Source of the DNA: Candidatus Nomurabacteria bacterium | Lineage (GTDB): Bacteria; Patescibacteriota; Minisyncoccia; Phycocordibacterales; UBA2100 | Reading direction: 5' to 3' | NCBI GenBank assembly: GCA_943356775.1 | Contig: CALRFU010000001.1 | Coordinates: 78,891-142,890, forward strand | DNA: 64,000 nucleotides | Shown: positions 9,183-18,940 of the stretch, piece after piece | Position numbering within the stretch: position 1 is the first letter of the stretch | How the letters are laid out: each line of letters begins with the position of its first letter | Position numbers and translations under genes: made by a program | Notes under the pieces: model-generated | Databases searched by the model: none | What the model was told of the DNA's origin: nothing | What the model saw: only the letters and a program-made list of their open reading frames with translations

Positions 9183-10388
9183 TTACCCATTGATCTTAAA
9201 CACGATCTTTGGATTTTCGTTCATTGCTTTTTCAAAAGTCTCGGGAGTAAACGACTTGAAATCGTAGATCGTACCTTTACCCTTCTTCAGAATCACTTTC
9301 CAAATCGCGTCCTGAATGCCGTTGGTCTTGTCACTCAACATGCGCTGCGCGATTTGCCATGTTTTGAATATGTTGCGCCCGATAATACCGTGGAAGGTCA
9401 ATCCGCGTACGATAGCGCGGGAGAATTTTGGAATCGTGATGTCCCCATCTTTGAGACCAAACAAAATGACGTGTCCACCCCGACGAGTACTGTCTATACA
9501 GTTATTGACCGAGGCAGCGGGTCCCGCCATTTCCATGGAGATATCAACACCCTTTCCATACGTCAATTCCATGATCCGCTCTACGACCTCGGGGTCGTGC
9601 TCCCAATCGTTTTGTTTCTTTTTCTTTTCGATAAGGATAGTCTCGTGAGCGCCTAATTCTTTTGCCATTTTAAGATTCTTCGGATTTACATCCACCGCGA
9701 TGATCTTTACCGCTCCGAAGCTTCGCAAAAGCAGTATTGCAAACATTCCAATAGGGCCGCACCCAAATACCGCGACTCGCTGTCCGCGGAAATCGACGAC
9801 TGTTGTTGCATGCACGGCGTTGCCAAACGGATCAAGGATAGCGGCTATCTCTGGGCGAATTCGACTCTCGTCGATTGCCCACAGATTTTTAGCCGGAATT
9901 TTGACATATTCCGCGAAGATACCGTCCATGGAAATACCCAAGATTCCTTCATTCAAGCACACGTGCTGTTCTCCAATTCGGCATTGGTAGCACCGTCCGC
10001 ACGTGACATGCGAATCTCCCGAAACGAGACTACCGACTTGTATCTTCACGCGATTCTTTTCGTCGGGATCGTTATACAAACGCGAAACCATCGAACCGAC
10101 TTTGATTATTTCCCCGACAAACTCATGGCCCATGATACGCATGGTCTTCTTCTCACGTGCGAGAGAATCGTGCACATAGTCTTTGAAAACAGTGCGGTTC
10201 CACAATCCGCGATCAGTACCGCAGACACCGGCATAGCGAATTTTGAGAATGACCGCGAGTGCATCTTCTGTACTTTTCTTCTCATCCAAAATCGGCATCG
10301 GCACATCGCGCATCACAAATCCGCGACTCCCCTCCCAACCGTCTTTTTTGATATCCACGGTCAGTGCTTTGGCGGTTTTTGGAATCAT
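9183..10388 (-). CDS. tdh: L-threonine 3-dehydrogenase (Zn-dependent MDR family)
   Basis: GVCGTD, GHEFVG, CGRCYQC, DPFGNAVH, GCGPIG; adjacent to kbl. Confidence 0.88.
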   Translation of the reverse strand: MIPKTAKALTVDIKKDGWEGSRGFVMRDVPMPILDEKKSTEDALAVILKIRYAGVCGTDRGLWNRTVFKDYVHDSLAREKKTMRIMGHEFVGEIIKVGSMVSRLYNDPDEKNRVKIQVGSLVSGDSHVTCGRCYQCRIGEQHVCLNEGILGISMDGIFAEYVKIPAKNLWAIDESRIRPEIAAILDPFGNAVHATTVVDFRGQRVAVFGCGPIGMFAILLLRSFGAVKIIAVDVNPKNLKMAKELGAHETILIEKKKKQNDWEHDPEVVERIMELTYGKGVDISMEMAGPAASVNNCIDSTRRGGHVILFGLKDGDITIPKFSRAIVRGLTFHGIIGRNIFKTWQIAQRMLSDKTNGIQDAIWKVILKKGKGTIYDFKSFTPETFEKAMNENPKIVFKING

Positions 10389-10440
10389 ACTCAACACAGT
10401 ATCAGAGTCCTCCAAAACTTACCAGAACACGGCGAGACAC

Positions 10441-10767
10441 TCATTCTCCAATCAAAGGATTGCGAACGCCGGCGAAGTACCGAACAGGTATTTTTCCTTC
10501 ATGATCAAGAATGGTCATGAGCTCTTTTCGTAACACCTCAGGTAATTCATCAAACGTAAAACGGCTCCACTCCTGCAGGGTAGAAACCCCAAGAGGAACT
10601 GAATTTTCAAGAAATGTTCGGCTTTTGTGATCGAGCCTTGCTCCGAGCAACAGAGACAACTTCTTGTCCTCGAGTAGAGAATCCCATTCTGTGCGCGCAT
10701 AATTCTCTTGCGCCTTCCATCTCTCCTCGAAACTTATACCATCACCCAGACCTTTTTCAATCGTCAT
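10441..10767 (-). CDS. Hypothetical protein
   Basis: 108-aa ORF downstream of tRNA-Ala; may be 5'-truncated by a frameshift. Confidence 0.5.
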   Translation of the reverse strand: MTIEKGLGDGISFEERWKAQENYARTEWDSLLEDKKLSLLLGARLDHKSRTFLENSVPLGVSTLQEWSRFTFDELPEVLRKELMTILDHEGKIPVRYFAGVRNPLIGE

Positions 10768-10842
10768 ATCAAATATTTCTTGGATTAATGTAGGTTTTGT
10801 TCAAGATTGATTTCATTCATACAAAGTCCTGCTACCGAATTT

Positions 10843-10917
10843 TGGTGGACCAGCGGGGGATCGAACCCCGGACCTCCTCATTGCAAATGAGGCATTCTAC
10901 CACTGAACTACTGGCCC
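10843..10917 (-). tRNA. tRNA-Ala (UGC)
   Basis: GGGCCAG...CTGGTCC-A-CCA acceptor stem with G3:U70, anticodon arm CCTCA-TTTGCAA-TGAGG, GGTTCGATCC T-arm, encoded CCA. Confidence 0.97.
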
Positions 10918-11011
10918 ATTATTTTTCGACGTTTACTTCGGGGGTATTCTACCCGAGCTACTGACCCTTTGCTTTAGGGATATACCTGTATATCACAAAA
11001 AATGAATGGAA

Positions 11012-11755
11012 TCACGGCTCTGGCACTGCTACCCCGTTCTTGTGAGCGCGTACTGCATGAATATACTCTTGCAATAAAAGAAGATGTCCGCGTACTCCAG
11101 GGTTGAATACGTACACCTGACTTTCGCCATCGGAGCGGACGATAAAAGCTCGGACCGCGGCGAGTGGCTGTGGTTCGCGTAATTCCCATACATTTTTGTG
11201 CCGCACATCAAGGATATTTTGGATTTTTATTTTTGCATCAAAAATCATCGAGTCCCTTTGTTCTATCGAAAGATTTTGATTGTGGTCTATTTCCGCAATC
11301 GACAAGATAAGAACTTCGTCGAGAAGTTTTGATGCTCGGCTTTCATGTTCTCCCAGTGTGTGTATTAAGTTTTCGTCACGGAAACGAACTTCCCCTTTGT
11401 CGAAAACAACCATAATCTGGTTGTAGGTGCCCGTATTCATGAACTCTTCTGCCTCTACTGGCGCAGCCGAGGAAAATACAGCCTCCGATCCGTGTTGACC
11501 CATTTTAGGCTTCATTTCTCCCGATTCTAAAAAATCAAGAACGGCTTCACCGCGAGTACCCCGAAAAAGCAACTCCCCTGACGTAAAGTTTTTAAATGTG
11601 CCTAACCTCAGGAACGAGAGTGCAATACGTTGCTCAGCAGGCGATAAAATTTCAAGCAACGCCACATGCAGACTTTCGCGTAGCTGGGGAGCGTTTTCTT
11701 CAGGTGTGCCTTGATCTCTGTTAGGCGATGTCTCTATTCTCGGTGCCGATCTCAT
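11012..11755 (-). CDS. Hypothetical protein (possible ADP-ribosyltransferase-like fold)
   Basis: Long ORF with TATACT upstream; LFRGT / VFSS / WELRE motifs. Confidence 0.6.
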   Translation of the reverse strand: MRSAPRIETSPNRDQGTPEENAPQLRESLHVALLEILSPAEQRIALSFLRLGTFKNFTSGELLFRGTRGEAVLDFLESGEMKPKMGQHGSEAVFSSAAPVEAEEFMNTGTYNQIMVVFDKGEVRFRDENLIHTLGEHESRASKLLDEVLILSIAEIDHNQNLSIEQRDSMIFDAKIKIQNILDVRHKNVWELREPQPLAAVRAFIVRSDGESQVYVFNPGVRGHLLLLQEYIHAVRAHKNGVAVPEP

Positions 11756-11785
11756 ACAAAAAAAGTATATACTAAAATTCGACAA

Positions 11786-12757
11786 TCATCTGCGTGCAAG
11801 CGCAATCGCATGCTCGAGAAATTCGGGCACGGAGGAACCGACGCTCTCGAGCATGGGCTGAAATGATGCCCCGGGATACAGCCCTGGTGTTGCATTCACT
11901 TCCAAAAGATACAACCCTCGCGGTGCGAGTATCATATCTGCTCGCGAAAAATGCGAAAGTCCGAGCGCTTGATGCGCTGCCCGCGCCATCTCCGCAATGG
12001 CCTGCTTTTCGGTGTGGCTGAAATTGCTCGGTACATTGTGGCGCAGACTTCCCTCTTGGTGATGCGCGAATTGGAGAACACGCGTACCGGGAGGCGCTAC
12101 CACGTGTGCAGGCGGAAGCACGTACAACTCTTCTCCGCGGAAATCCTCGATGACGCCGACGCTCGCCTCTTCGCCGCGAATATATTGCTCAACGAGAGCT
12201 GCGCCGAATGCATCCAACACATCGCCCAATATATCGGGCAATTCCAGAAGGGTCGCCGCGACGCGTATCCCGGTCGAAGCTCCTTCTTGAGCGGGCTTCA
12301 CCACGTACGGCGGACCGAATTGAGAAAATACAAGACTCGACATATCCCCTGTCGTGAGGGCATTCCCGAGCGAAAAGGAAACTGCGTGCGGCATCCTGAT
12401 ACCCGCCTTTTGCAGAACCTCACGTGCCCGTATTTTATGTAAGGAAAGTGCCGCGGATTGTGAACGCGCTCCCGCGTACGGGACGCCGGCGCGTTCCAGT
12501 ATTCTCTGCACCGTACCATCCTCGCCAGCGCCACCATGCAGCGCGTTTAATACGACATCGACTTGCGAAAGAATTCGCGCCGCATCAGCAGGACTACCGC
12601 GCATATGCCAATACCCGCGCTTATCGATAAAAATATCGCGCGTGTCATATTTTTCTTCGGGAAGAGCCGCAAGCATTGCGGCACCCGTCTTCAACGAAAG
12701 TTCGTATTCGCTCGAAGTCCCTCCCCGCAAGATACCAACGCTCGTGCGTGCCATCAT
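11786..12757 (-). CDS. ddl: D-alanine--D-alanine ligase family protein
   Basis: GGTSSEYELSLKTG, LHGGAGEDGTVQ, VVKP..EGAS.G, LEVNATPGL. Confidence 0.92.
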   Translation of the reverse strand: MMARTSVGILRGGTSSEYELSLKTGAAMLAALPEEKYDTRDIFIDKRGYWHMRGSPADAARILSQVDVVLNALHGGAGEDGTVQRILERAGVPYAGARSQSAALSLHKIRAREVLQKAGIRMPHAVSFSLGNALTTGDMSSLVFSQFGPPYVVKPAQEGASTGIRVAATLLELPDILGDVLDAFGAALVEQYIRGEEASVGVIEDFRGEELYVLPPAHVVAPPGTRVLQFAHHQEGSLRHNVPSNFSHTEKQAIAEMARAAHQALGLSHFSRADMILAPRGLYLLEVNATPGLYPGASFQPMLESVGSSVPEFLEHAIALARR

Positions 12758-12794
12758 GCAATTGTACCACCGCAAAATGTTAGCGGGGTCCTAG

Positions 12795-13241
12795 CTATTC
12801 CGAAACGTTGAAAAGAGCCTCATCAGGGAACCACCATGGCGAACACGTCCAGGACGCAGTGGTGATGCGGGAATCGATGGCTTCTTTCTGGTCTCCACCG
12901 CCTACAATCACCCCGCTCGTAGTAGGGTCAACTGTGTATGTGCCATCAGGAGATATGACAACGCGTAACTGCCCAGAAGCATTGCCCTTTACTGTTGCCG
13001 TTTCGAGCAGAATATTCCCTTTGTTGATGAATAGGGCGCCTTTATCCGTGCCCTCAAAATTAGACCTTGTATAGCTACATGAAGTTGGTGGGATAGTTGC
13101 GACGTTTCGTTGCTGAAACATTCGTACAACGTCCGCACCGTTAGGAGTTTGTACGTGCCGATACAGGATATAGCAGGCAAATAAAATGACCCCAGCCAGG
13201 AAAACTGAAGCAACGTAAAAGAGACCTCTCGCAATTGTCAT
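12795..13241 (-). CDS. Hypothetical membrane-anchored/secreted protein
   Basis: N-terminal TM, Cys pair (SCSY...WTCSPW..D..LF). Confidence 0.65.
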   Translation of the reverse strand: MTIARGLFYVASVFLAGVILFACYILYRHVQTPNGADVVRMFQQRNVATIPPTSCSYTRSNFEGTDKGALFINKGNILLETATVKGNASGQLRVVISPDGTYTVDPTTSGVIVGGGDQKEAIDSRITTASWTCSPWWFPDEALFNVSE

Positions 13242-13245
13242 GTCA

Positions 13246-14535
13246 CTAGTATATCTTGCCCCGACGCTTTCGATGCCACGAAATCGCAAATCTGTGAGCT
13301 TCGTTGTTGGCAAGCAAAATATCGCGCTCATAGGCTTGTATTGCACCCTTGTCACCAATGAGTCGCTCAGGCTTATGAAATTGATTTTTGACAACACCCA
13401 CTATCGGTATGCTTATCCCCGTCTGTTTTAGAAGCGTCTGAACTGCGCGCATCTGGCCGATTCCCCCGTCGACGACAAACACGCGCGGCAAGGGCCATTC
13501 AGGATGATTGAGACGCCGCGAGAGCGCTTCTTTGAGCGAAGCCACGTCATCATTGGTCGCCGTTTGAATTTTGAATTTACGGTATGCCGCTTTTATTGTT
13601 TCGCCGCCGTCCACTACAGTCATCACAGCCACGGTCTCCGCGCCACTCGTATGTGCGACATCATATGCCTCTATCCGTATGCCGCCTGTCCTGAGTCCTA
13701 TCGAAGGGCCGCCGGACGCTATACGATGTTCATCTTTGATAAGCGATACGTCTCGGATATGTTCGAGAGCGTGCATCTGTCGACGCAGCTGCGTTGCTTC
13801 CTCGAATTTCTCAGCCCCCGCTGCGACCTTCATTTCACGCGCAAGTGCCCGCTTTAAACCCATGAAATTACCTGAAAGAAAAGTGGAGATGTGTTTAACA
13901 CGTTGCGCATACTCTTTTTTACTCACCTCGCCCGTGCACACGCCGGGACAGAGCCCTATCTGGCGATTGAAACAAGGTTTGCATGTTCGACCTCGTAGGT
14001 CGCTCATGTTCGACTTCGTAAGTCGAACATTCTGGTCGGGGCACGGTACACACTTCGCATCCCGGAACGGGAATATTTTCCGGACTATCTTCAGGGCTTC
14101 CTGAAGTTGCGTGCCGTGTGGGAAGGGGCCGAATGTTTTTTTGATGTCTTTTGTATCCCAATTCTGGTAGAGCTCACGGCCTCGTACGATGAGCACCCGC
14201 GGGTAGTCTTCCTTTGTTATCACAACATAATTAAAACTTTTGTTATCTTTCTCATCGACATTGTACGGGGGCTGATGCTTCTTGATGAGATTTGCTTCGA
14301 GTATTAAGGCTTCAAGTATCGAATTCGTTTTTGTATGCGTGATTGTTTGTGCTTCCGCAACCATGCCGACGATTCTTTCGCCGCGACCTTTTATCAAATC
14401 CGAAGAAAAGTAGCTTCGAACACGGTCGCGCAAAGACGTAGCTTTCCCGATATACAGTATCTTTTTACCTTTTTTAAACACATAGACTCCCGGCTCATCG
14501 GGTAGTTTGAACTTCTCTAAGTCCGTACGTTTCAT
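13246..14535 (-). CDS. uvrC: Excinuclease ABC subunit C (short form, no C-terminal HhH)
   Basis: GIY-YIG PGVY..LYIGKA.SLR.RV.SYF, UVR domain, RNase H-like IEAYDVAH..VDGG. Confidence 0.93.
   Translation of the reverse strand: MKRTDLEKFKLPDEPGVYVFKKGKKILYIGKATSLRDRVRSYFSSDLIKGRGERIVGMVAEAQTITHTKTNSILEALILEANLIKKHQPPYNVDEKDNKSFNYVVITKEDYPRVLIVRGRELYQNWDTKDIKKTFGPFPHGTQLQEALKIVRKIFPFRDAKCVPCPDQNVRLTKSNMSDLRGRTCKPCFNRQIGLCPGVCTGEVSKKEYAQRVKHISTFLSGNFMGLKRALAREMKVAAGAEKFEEATQLRRQMHALEHIRDVSLIKDEHRIASGGPSIGLRTGGIRIEAYDVAHTSGAETVAVMTVVDGGETIKAAYRKFKIQTATNDDVASLKEALSRRLNHPEWPLPRVFVVDGGIGQMRAVQTLLKQTGISIPIVGVVKNQFHKPERLIGDKGAIQAYERDILLANNEAHRFAISWHRKRRGKIY
13684..13707. repeat. REP-like element (CCTGAG-N-TCGAAGG family) in frame in uvrC
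   Basis: GCCTGTCCTGAGTCCTATCGAAGG encodes PSIGLRTG; related copies in eno, lysS and at 55223. Confidence 0.8.
13983..14030. repeat. Tandem pair of 25-bp palindromes in frame in uvrC
   Basis: ATGTTCGACCT-CGT-AGGTCGCTCAT (degenerate) overlapping ATGTTCGACTT-CGT-AAGTCGAACAT (perfect stem). Confidence 0.85.
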
Positions 14536-14578
14536 TGGCTTGAGTATACAGAAATACCCTATCCACTGCGAATGGTAT

Positions 14579-14606
14579 TTGACTTTTCTCTGAGGTCGGC
14601 TATACT
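14579..14606 (+). promoter_or_regulatory. Sigma-70 promoter for carAB leader
   Basis: TTGACT-N16-TATACT. Confidence 0.65.
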
Positions 14607-14615
14607 TAGATTTTA

Positions 14616-14711
14616 ATGACCTCCAAGAAGTTTCGATTCAAGAACACCCGCCCGGGTGCATTTTTTTACCTCTCCAATTCGTCCCCCATTCGGGGACTTT
14701 TCTTTGTATGA
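14616..14711 (+). promoter_or_regulatory. Putative attenuator leader (31-aa uORF plus two terminator-like hairpins) of carAB
   Basis: uORF MTSKKFRFKNTRPGAFFYLSNSSPIRGLFFV*, TGA overlaps carA ATG; CACCC-GCCC-GGGTG+CA+T7 and GTCCCC-CATTC-GGGGAC+TTTTCTTT. Confidence 0.5.
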
Positions 14712-15757
14712 AGTTGTACCTCGAAGATGGCACGGTTTTCGAAGGAAAAAGCGTCGGCGCTTCAATAAAATCGGGAAAACAAGTCCACGGCGAGGTCGTT
14801 TTTAATACTGGCATGGTTGGATACCCTGAAGGATTTACCGACCCTTCTTACGCAGGTCAAATTCTCGTCTGTACGTATCCCCTTATCGGCAACTATGGCG
14901 TACCGGACCTGAAAACTCTTGAATCCGAGAAAGTGCAGATAAGGGGACTTATCGTTTCAGAATATTGTGAAGAATACTCACACGCCAATGCAAAAATGTC
15001 TCTGGGACAGTGGCTGAAAGACTCCGGCATTCCCGCGATATCAGGAATCGATACGCGTGCACTCACGAAGAAATTGCGCGAGCGAGGTGTGATGCTTGGA
15101 CAGATGAGTGAGGGCACAGCAACAAAAACATTCAACGACCCGAATGAGGAGAATCTTGTCGCGGCAGTCAGCCCAAAAAAGAAGAAAGTCTATGGCGATG
15201 GCGCTATAAAGATAATCGCTCTCGATTGTGGAATGAAAGAGAACATCGTGCGTTCACTTGCAAGACCCGGAGTAACCCTTATCCGTGTCCCTTGGGATTA
15301 TGATTTCACCACCGAGAAATATGACGCGCTCTTTATATCCAATGGTCCAGGAGACCCTACCCAATGCACTTCGACCATCAATCATATCCAGGCGGCAATG
15401 CACGACAGTAAGCCAATACTGGGCATTTGCCTCGGCAATCAGCTTCTGGCGCTTGCCGCAGGAGCTTTCACGTATAAGCTCAAATACGGTCATAGGGCTC
15501 AGAATCAGCCCGCCATCGAGTCCACCACTGGGAGGTGCTATATCACCTCCCAGAACCACGGATTTGCGGTAGATACGAAGACGCTTCCTGACGGCTGGGA
15601 GGAGTGGTTCTCTAATGCCAACGATGGAAGCAACGAGGGTATCCGTCACAAGAGCAAGCCATGGCGTTCAGTACAATTCCACCCGGAAGCCAATCCTGGT
15701 CCTACCGACACCGCATGGATATTCGACGAATTTTTAAAGTCCCTCAAGACTGTATGA
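14708..15757 (+). CDS. carA: Carbamoyl-phosphate synthase small subunit
   Basis: GEVVFNTGMVGYPE..TDPSY.GQI, SNGPGDP, GICLG, SVQFHPEA. Confidence 0.98.
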   Translation: MKLYLEDGTVFEGKSVGASIKSGKQVHGEVVFNTGMVGYPEGFTDPSYAGQILVCTYPLIGNYGVPDLKTLESEKVQIRGLIVSEYCEEYSHANAKMSLGQWLKDSGIPAISGIDTRALTKKLRERGVMLGQMSEGTATKTFNDPNEENLVAAVSPKKKKVYGDGAIKIIALDCGMKENIVRSLARPGVTLIRVPWDYDFTTEKYDALFISNGPGDPTQCTSTINHIQAAMHDSKPILGICLGNQLLALAAGAFTYKLKYGHRAQNQPAIESTTGRCYITSQNHGFAVDTKTLPDGWEEWFSNANDGSNEGIRHKSKPWRSVQFHPEANPGPTDTAWIFDEFLKSLKTV

Positions 15758-18700
15758 CTATCAAACCAAAAAAAATATTGCTCTTGGGCTCAGGAGGTCT
15801 CCGCATAGGTCAGGCGGGAGAGTTTGATTACTCCGGCTCACAGGCTATCAATGCTTTCAAAGAAGAAGACATCCGGGTTGTTCTGATGAATCCGAACATC
15901 GCGACAGTACAGACAGATGAGAAACGCGCCGACACAGTGTACTTCCTCCCACTCACAGAGAAATTTGCGGCAGAAGTCATACGGAAAGAACGCCCTGACG
16001 CGATAGCGTTATCGTTCGGCGGACAAACGGCACTCAACCTCGGACTCTCGCTTGAAAAAAACGGAGTACTCAAAAAATACGGAGTAAAAGTCCTTGGCAC
16101 ACCCGTATCAACAATCCGCGACACGGAAGACCGTGAACTTTTCGTAAAACGACTCAAACAAATAGACGTGAAGACAGCCCGCAGTCGTGCGACGTCCAAC
16201 GTCGCTGAAGCCAAGAAAGCCGCAGAAGAAATCGGGTACCCGGTCATGGTCCGCTCCGGATTCGCGCTCGGCGGCGAAGGTTCAGGAGTCGTACGAAATG
16301 AAAAGGATTTGGTCGCCAAACTTTCAGAAGTCTTCCGCAACGTCTCACAGGTTCTTGTTGAAGAGTATCTCGGCGGGTGGAAAGAAATCGAATACGAAGT
16401 CGTGCGCGACCGCGCCGACAACTGCATCACCGTCTGCAATATGGAGAATTTCGACCCGATGGGTATTCATACCGGAGAGAGCATCGTTGTCGCGCCATCG
16501 CAAACACTCTCGAATGCCGAATATCACGGACTCCGTGAGGTAGCTATCAAGACTATACGGCACCTCGGTATCGTCGGCGAATGCAATATTCAATACGCAC
16601 TCCATCCTTCAAACGGCGATTATCGCGTCATCGAAGTGAATGCCAGGCTTTCGCGCTCATCAGCACTCGCCTCAAAGGCGACTGGATATCCGCTTGCCTT
16701 CGTCGCCGCAAAATTGGCGCTTGGATATACCCTGCCTGAAATAAAGAATTCGATTACGAAGAAAACCAGTGCCTGCTTCGAGCCCGCGCTCGACTATGTC
16801 GTCCTCAAGATTCCGCGGTGGGACCTCAACAAATTCGAGAATGCCGCTCCCCGCATCGGTACCGAGATGAAGAGCGTCGGCGAAGTGATGGCAATCGGAC
16901 GCTCATTTGAAGAAGCGCTGCAAAAAGCTCTCCGCATGCTCAACATCGGGGCATACGGCCTCACCGCACAGAAAAACGACAACTTCCGAATACCGGATTA
17001 TGCCGACGAGATAAAAAACCCGACCACCCGCCGCGTCTTCGCGATTGCCCAAGCTCTTCGTGACGGGGTTTCTGTCGAAAAAATACACGACATGAGCGCG
17101 ATTGATCTGTGGTTTCTCCACAAGATGCAAAACATCATCACACTCGAGCATGAATTGAAACGTAAAAAATTGAATCCGACTCTCATGCGCCGTGCGAAAC
17201 AGCTTGGATTTTCTGATGCGCAGCTTGCAATCATTAAGAATACAAATGAATCTGCCATCCGAATACTTCGGAAAAAGTTGAAGGTTCTTCCCGTCATTAA
17301 ACAAATAGACACGCTTGCTGGCGAATTCCCTGCCGAGACCAATTACCTCTACCTTACCTATCACGGCACCGAGAACGACGTTGTTCCGGGTAAAAAGCAG
17401 ATAGCCGTCCTCGGAAGCGGTCCGTATGCGATAGGTTCATCCGTAGAATTCGATTGGTCGAGCGTACAGGCACTGCGTACGCTTAAGCGCGAGGGGTACG
17501 GCACGATAATGATTAACTACAATCCGGAGACTGTTTCCACCGACTACGACACCTCCGACCGTCTCTACTTCGAAGAACTTTCTCTCGAACGAGTTCTGGA
17601 CATTACCGACTTCGAAAAACCTCAGGGCGTAATCGTCTCTACCGGCGGACAAATACCAAATAACCTCGCTCTGAAACTCGAGAAAAACAAAATCCGGATT
17701 CTCGGTACTACGCCTGAAAACATTGACCGCGCTGAAGACCGACACGTTTTCTCCAAGCTGCTTGATAGCCTCGGCATCGACCAACCGGATTGGGCGGAAC
17801 TGACGACGCTCGCCGCAGCCTTGCAAACGGCCGAAAAATTGGGGTACCCGGTACTTGTCCGGCCTTCTTACGTCCTTTCGGGAGCCGCCATGGCCGTCTC
17901 GATGGATAAGACTTCACTCGTGAAATATCTCAAACGCGCGGTCGACATCTCTTCCGATCACCCGGTCGTCATTTCCAAATTCATCGAGAACGCCCGTGAG
18001 ATTGAGATAGACGGAGTAGCGAAGAAGGGCGGCCTCGTCGTGTACGCCATCACTGAGCACGTAGAAAACGCCGGCACTCACTCGGGTGACGCAACCGTAG
18101 TGCTTCCACCGCAGCGCACCTACATCGAGACTATCCGCCGCGCCAAACACATTGCCAAGGGCATTGTAAAGGAACTCAACATTACCGGACCGTTCAATAT
18201 CCAATTCCTCGCAAAAGACAACAGGCTACAGGTCATCGAGTGTAATTTGCGCGCTTCCCGCAGCTTCCCTTTCGTATCGAAAGTCACCGGATACAACTTC
18301 ATCGACATCGCAACGCGCGCGATGCTCGGTCTCGATGTCGCGGGCAACTACCGGACGCTGGAGCTAGACTTCGTTGCCGTCAAATCCCCTCAATTCTCAT
18401 ACGGTCGCATCAAAGGTGCCGACCCTATCTCCTACGTGGAAATGGCATCTACTGGCGAAGTCGCCTGCTTCGGAGACACATACTCCGAGGCTCTTTTGAA
18501 ATCCATGATGGCTGCAGGATTCCGCCTGCCAAAGAAGAATGTACTTGTATCGCTCGGCAAAGAGGAGAATAAAGTGAAATTACTCCCAGGCATTCAAACA
18601 CTTGTAGGGATGGGTTTCAAAATATTTGCGACAGAGCAAACTGCAGAATTCTTACGCGAGAAGGGGGTGAAGTGTGAGAAGGTCTACAAGATAAGTACCG

Positions 18701-18936
18701 CGAAGCATCCAAACGTCTCGGACCTGCTCGAAAAAGGTACGCTCGACCTTATCATCAACATCCCTACTCGTGCATTCCAACGCGAATCGACCGATGGCTT
18801 CACCATCCGTCGCAAAGCAATCGACATGAACATTCCTCTCCTTACGAATCGACAGCTTGCCGACGGTTTCATTACTGCCCTCGCAGAACAAAAAGGTAAC
18901 GGATTGAAAACGAAATCGTGGGAAGAGTACCGGTGA
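15754..18936 (+). CDS. carB: Carbamoyl-phosphate synthase large subunit
   Basis: GSG..RIGQAGEFDYSG.QA, two ATP-grasp domains, MGS domain. Confidence 0.98.
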   Translation: MTIKPKKILLLGSGGLRIGQAGEFDYSGSQAINAFKEEDIRVVLMNPNIATVQTDEKRADTVYFLPLTEKFAAEVIRKERPDAIALSFGGQTALNLGLSLEKNGVLKKYGVKVLGTPVSTIRDTEDRELFVKRLKQIDVKTARSRATSNVAEAKKAAEEIGYPVMVRSGFALGGEGSGVVRNEKDLVAKLSEVFRNVSQVLVEEYLGGWKEIEYEVVRDRADNCITVCNMENFDPMGIHTGESIVVAPSQTLSNAEYHGLREVAIKTIRHLGIVGECNIQYALHPSNGDYRVIEVNARLSRSSALASKATGYPLAFVAAKLALGYTLPEIKNSITKKTSACFEPALDYVVLKIPRWDLNKFENAAPRIGTEMKSVGEVMAIGRSFEEALQKALRMLNIGAYGLTAQKNDNFRIPDYADEIKNPTTRRVFAIAQALRDGVSVEKIHDMSAIDLWFLHKMQNIITLEHELKRKKLNPTLMRRAKQLGFSDAQLAIIKNTNESAIRILRKKLKVLPVIKQIDTLAGEFPAETNYLYLTYHGTENDVVPGKKQIAVLGSGPYAIGSSVEFDWSSVQALRTLKREGYGTIMINYNPETVSTDYDTSDRLYFEELSLERVLDITDFEKPQGVIVSTGGQIPNNLALKLEKNKIRILGTTPENIDRAEDRHVFSKLLDSLGIDQPDWAELTTLAAALQTAEKLGYPVLVRPSYVLSGAAMAVSMDKTSLVKYLKRAVDISSDHPVVISKFIENAREIEIDGVAKKGGLVVYAITEHVENAGTHSGDATVVLPPQRTYIETIRRAKHIAKGIVKELNITGPFNIQFLAKDNRLQVIECNLRASRSFPFVSKVTGYNFIDIATRAMLGLDVAGNYRTLELDFVAVKSPQFSYGRIKGADPISYVEMASTGEVACFGDTYSEALLKSMMAAGFRLPKKNVLVSLGKEENKVKLLPGIQTLVGMGFKIFATEQTAEFLREKGVKCEKVYKISTAKHPNVSDLLEKGTLDLIINIPTRAFQRESTDGFTIRRKAIDMNIPLLTNRQLADGFITALAEQKGNGLKTKSWEEYR

Positions 18937-18940
18937 TTCT

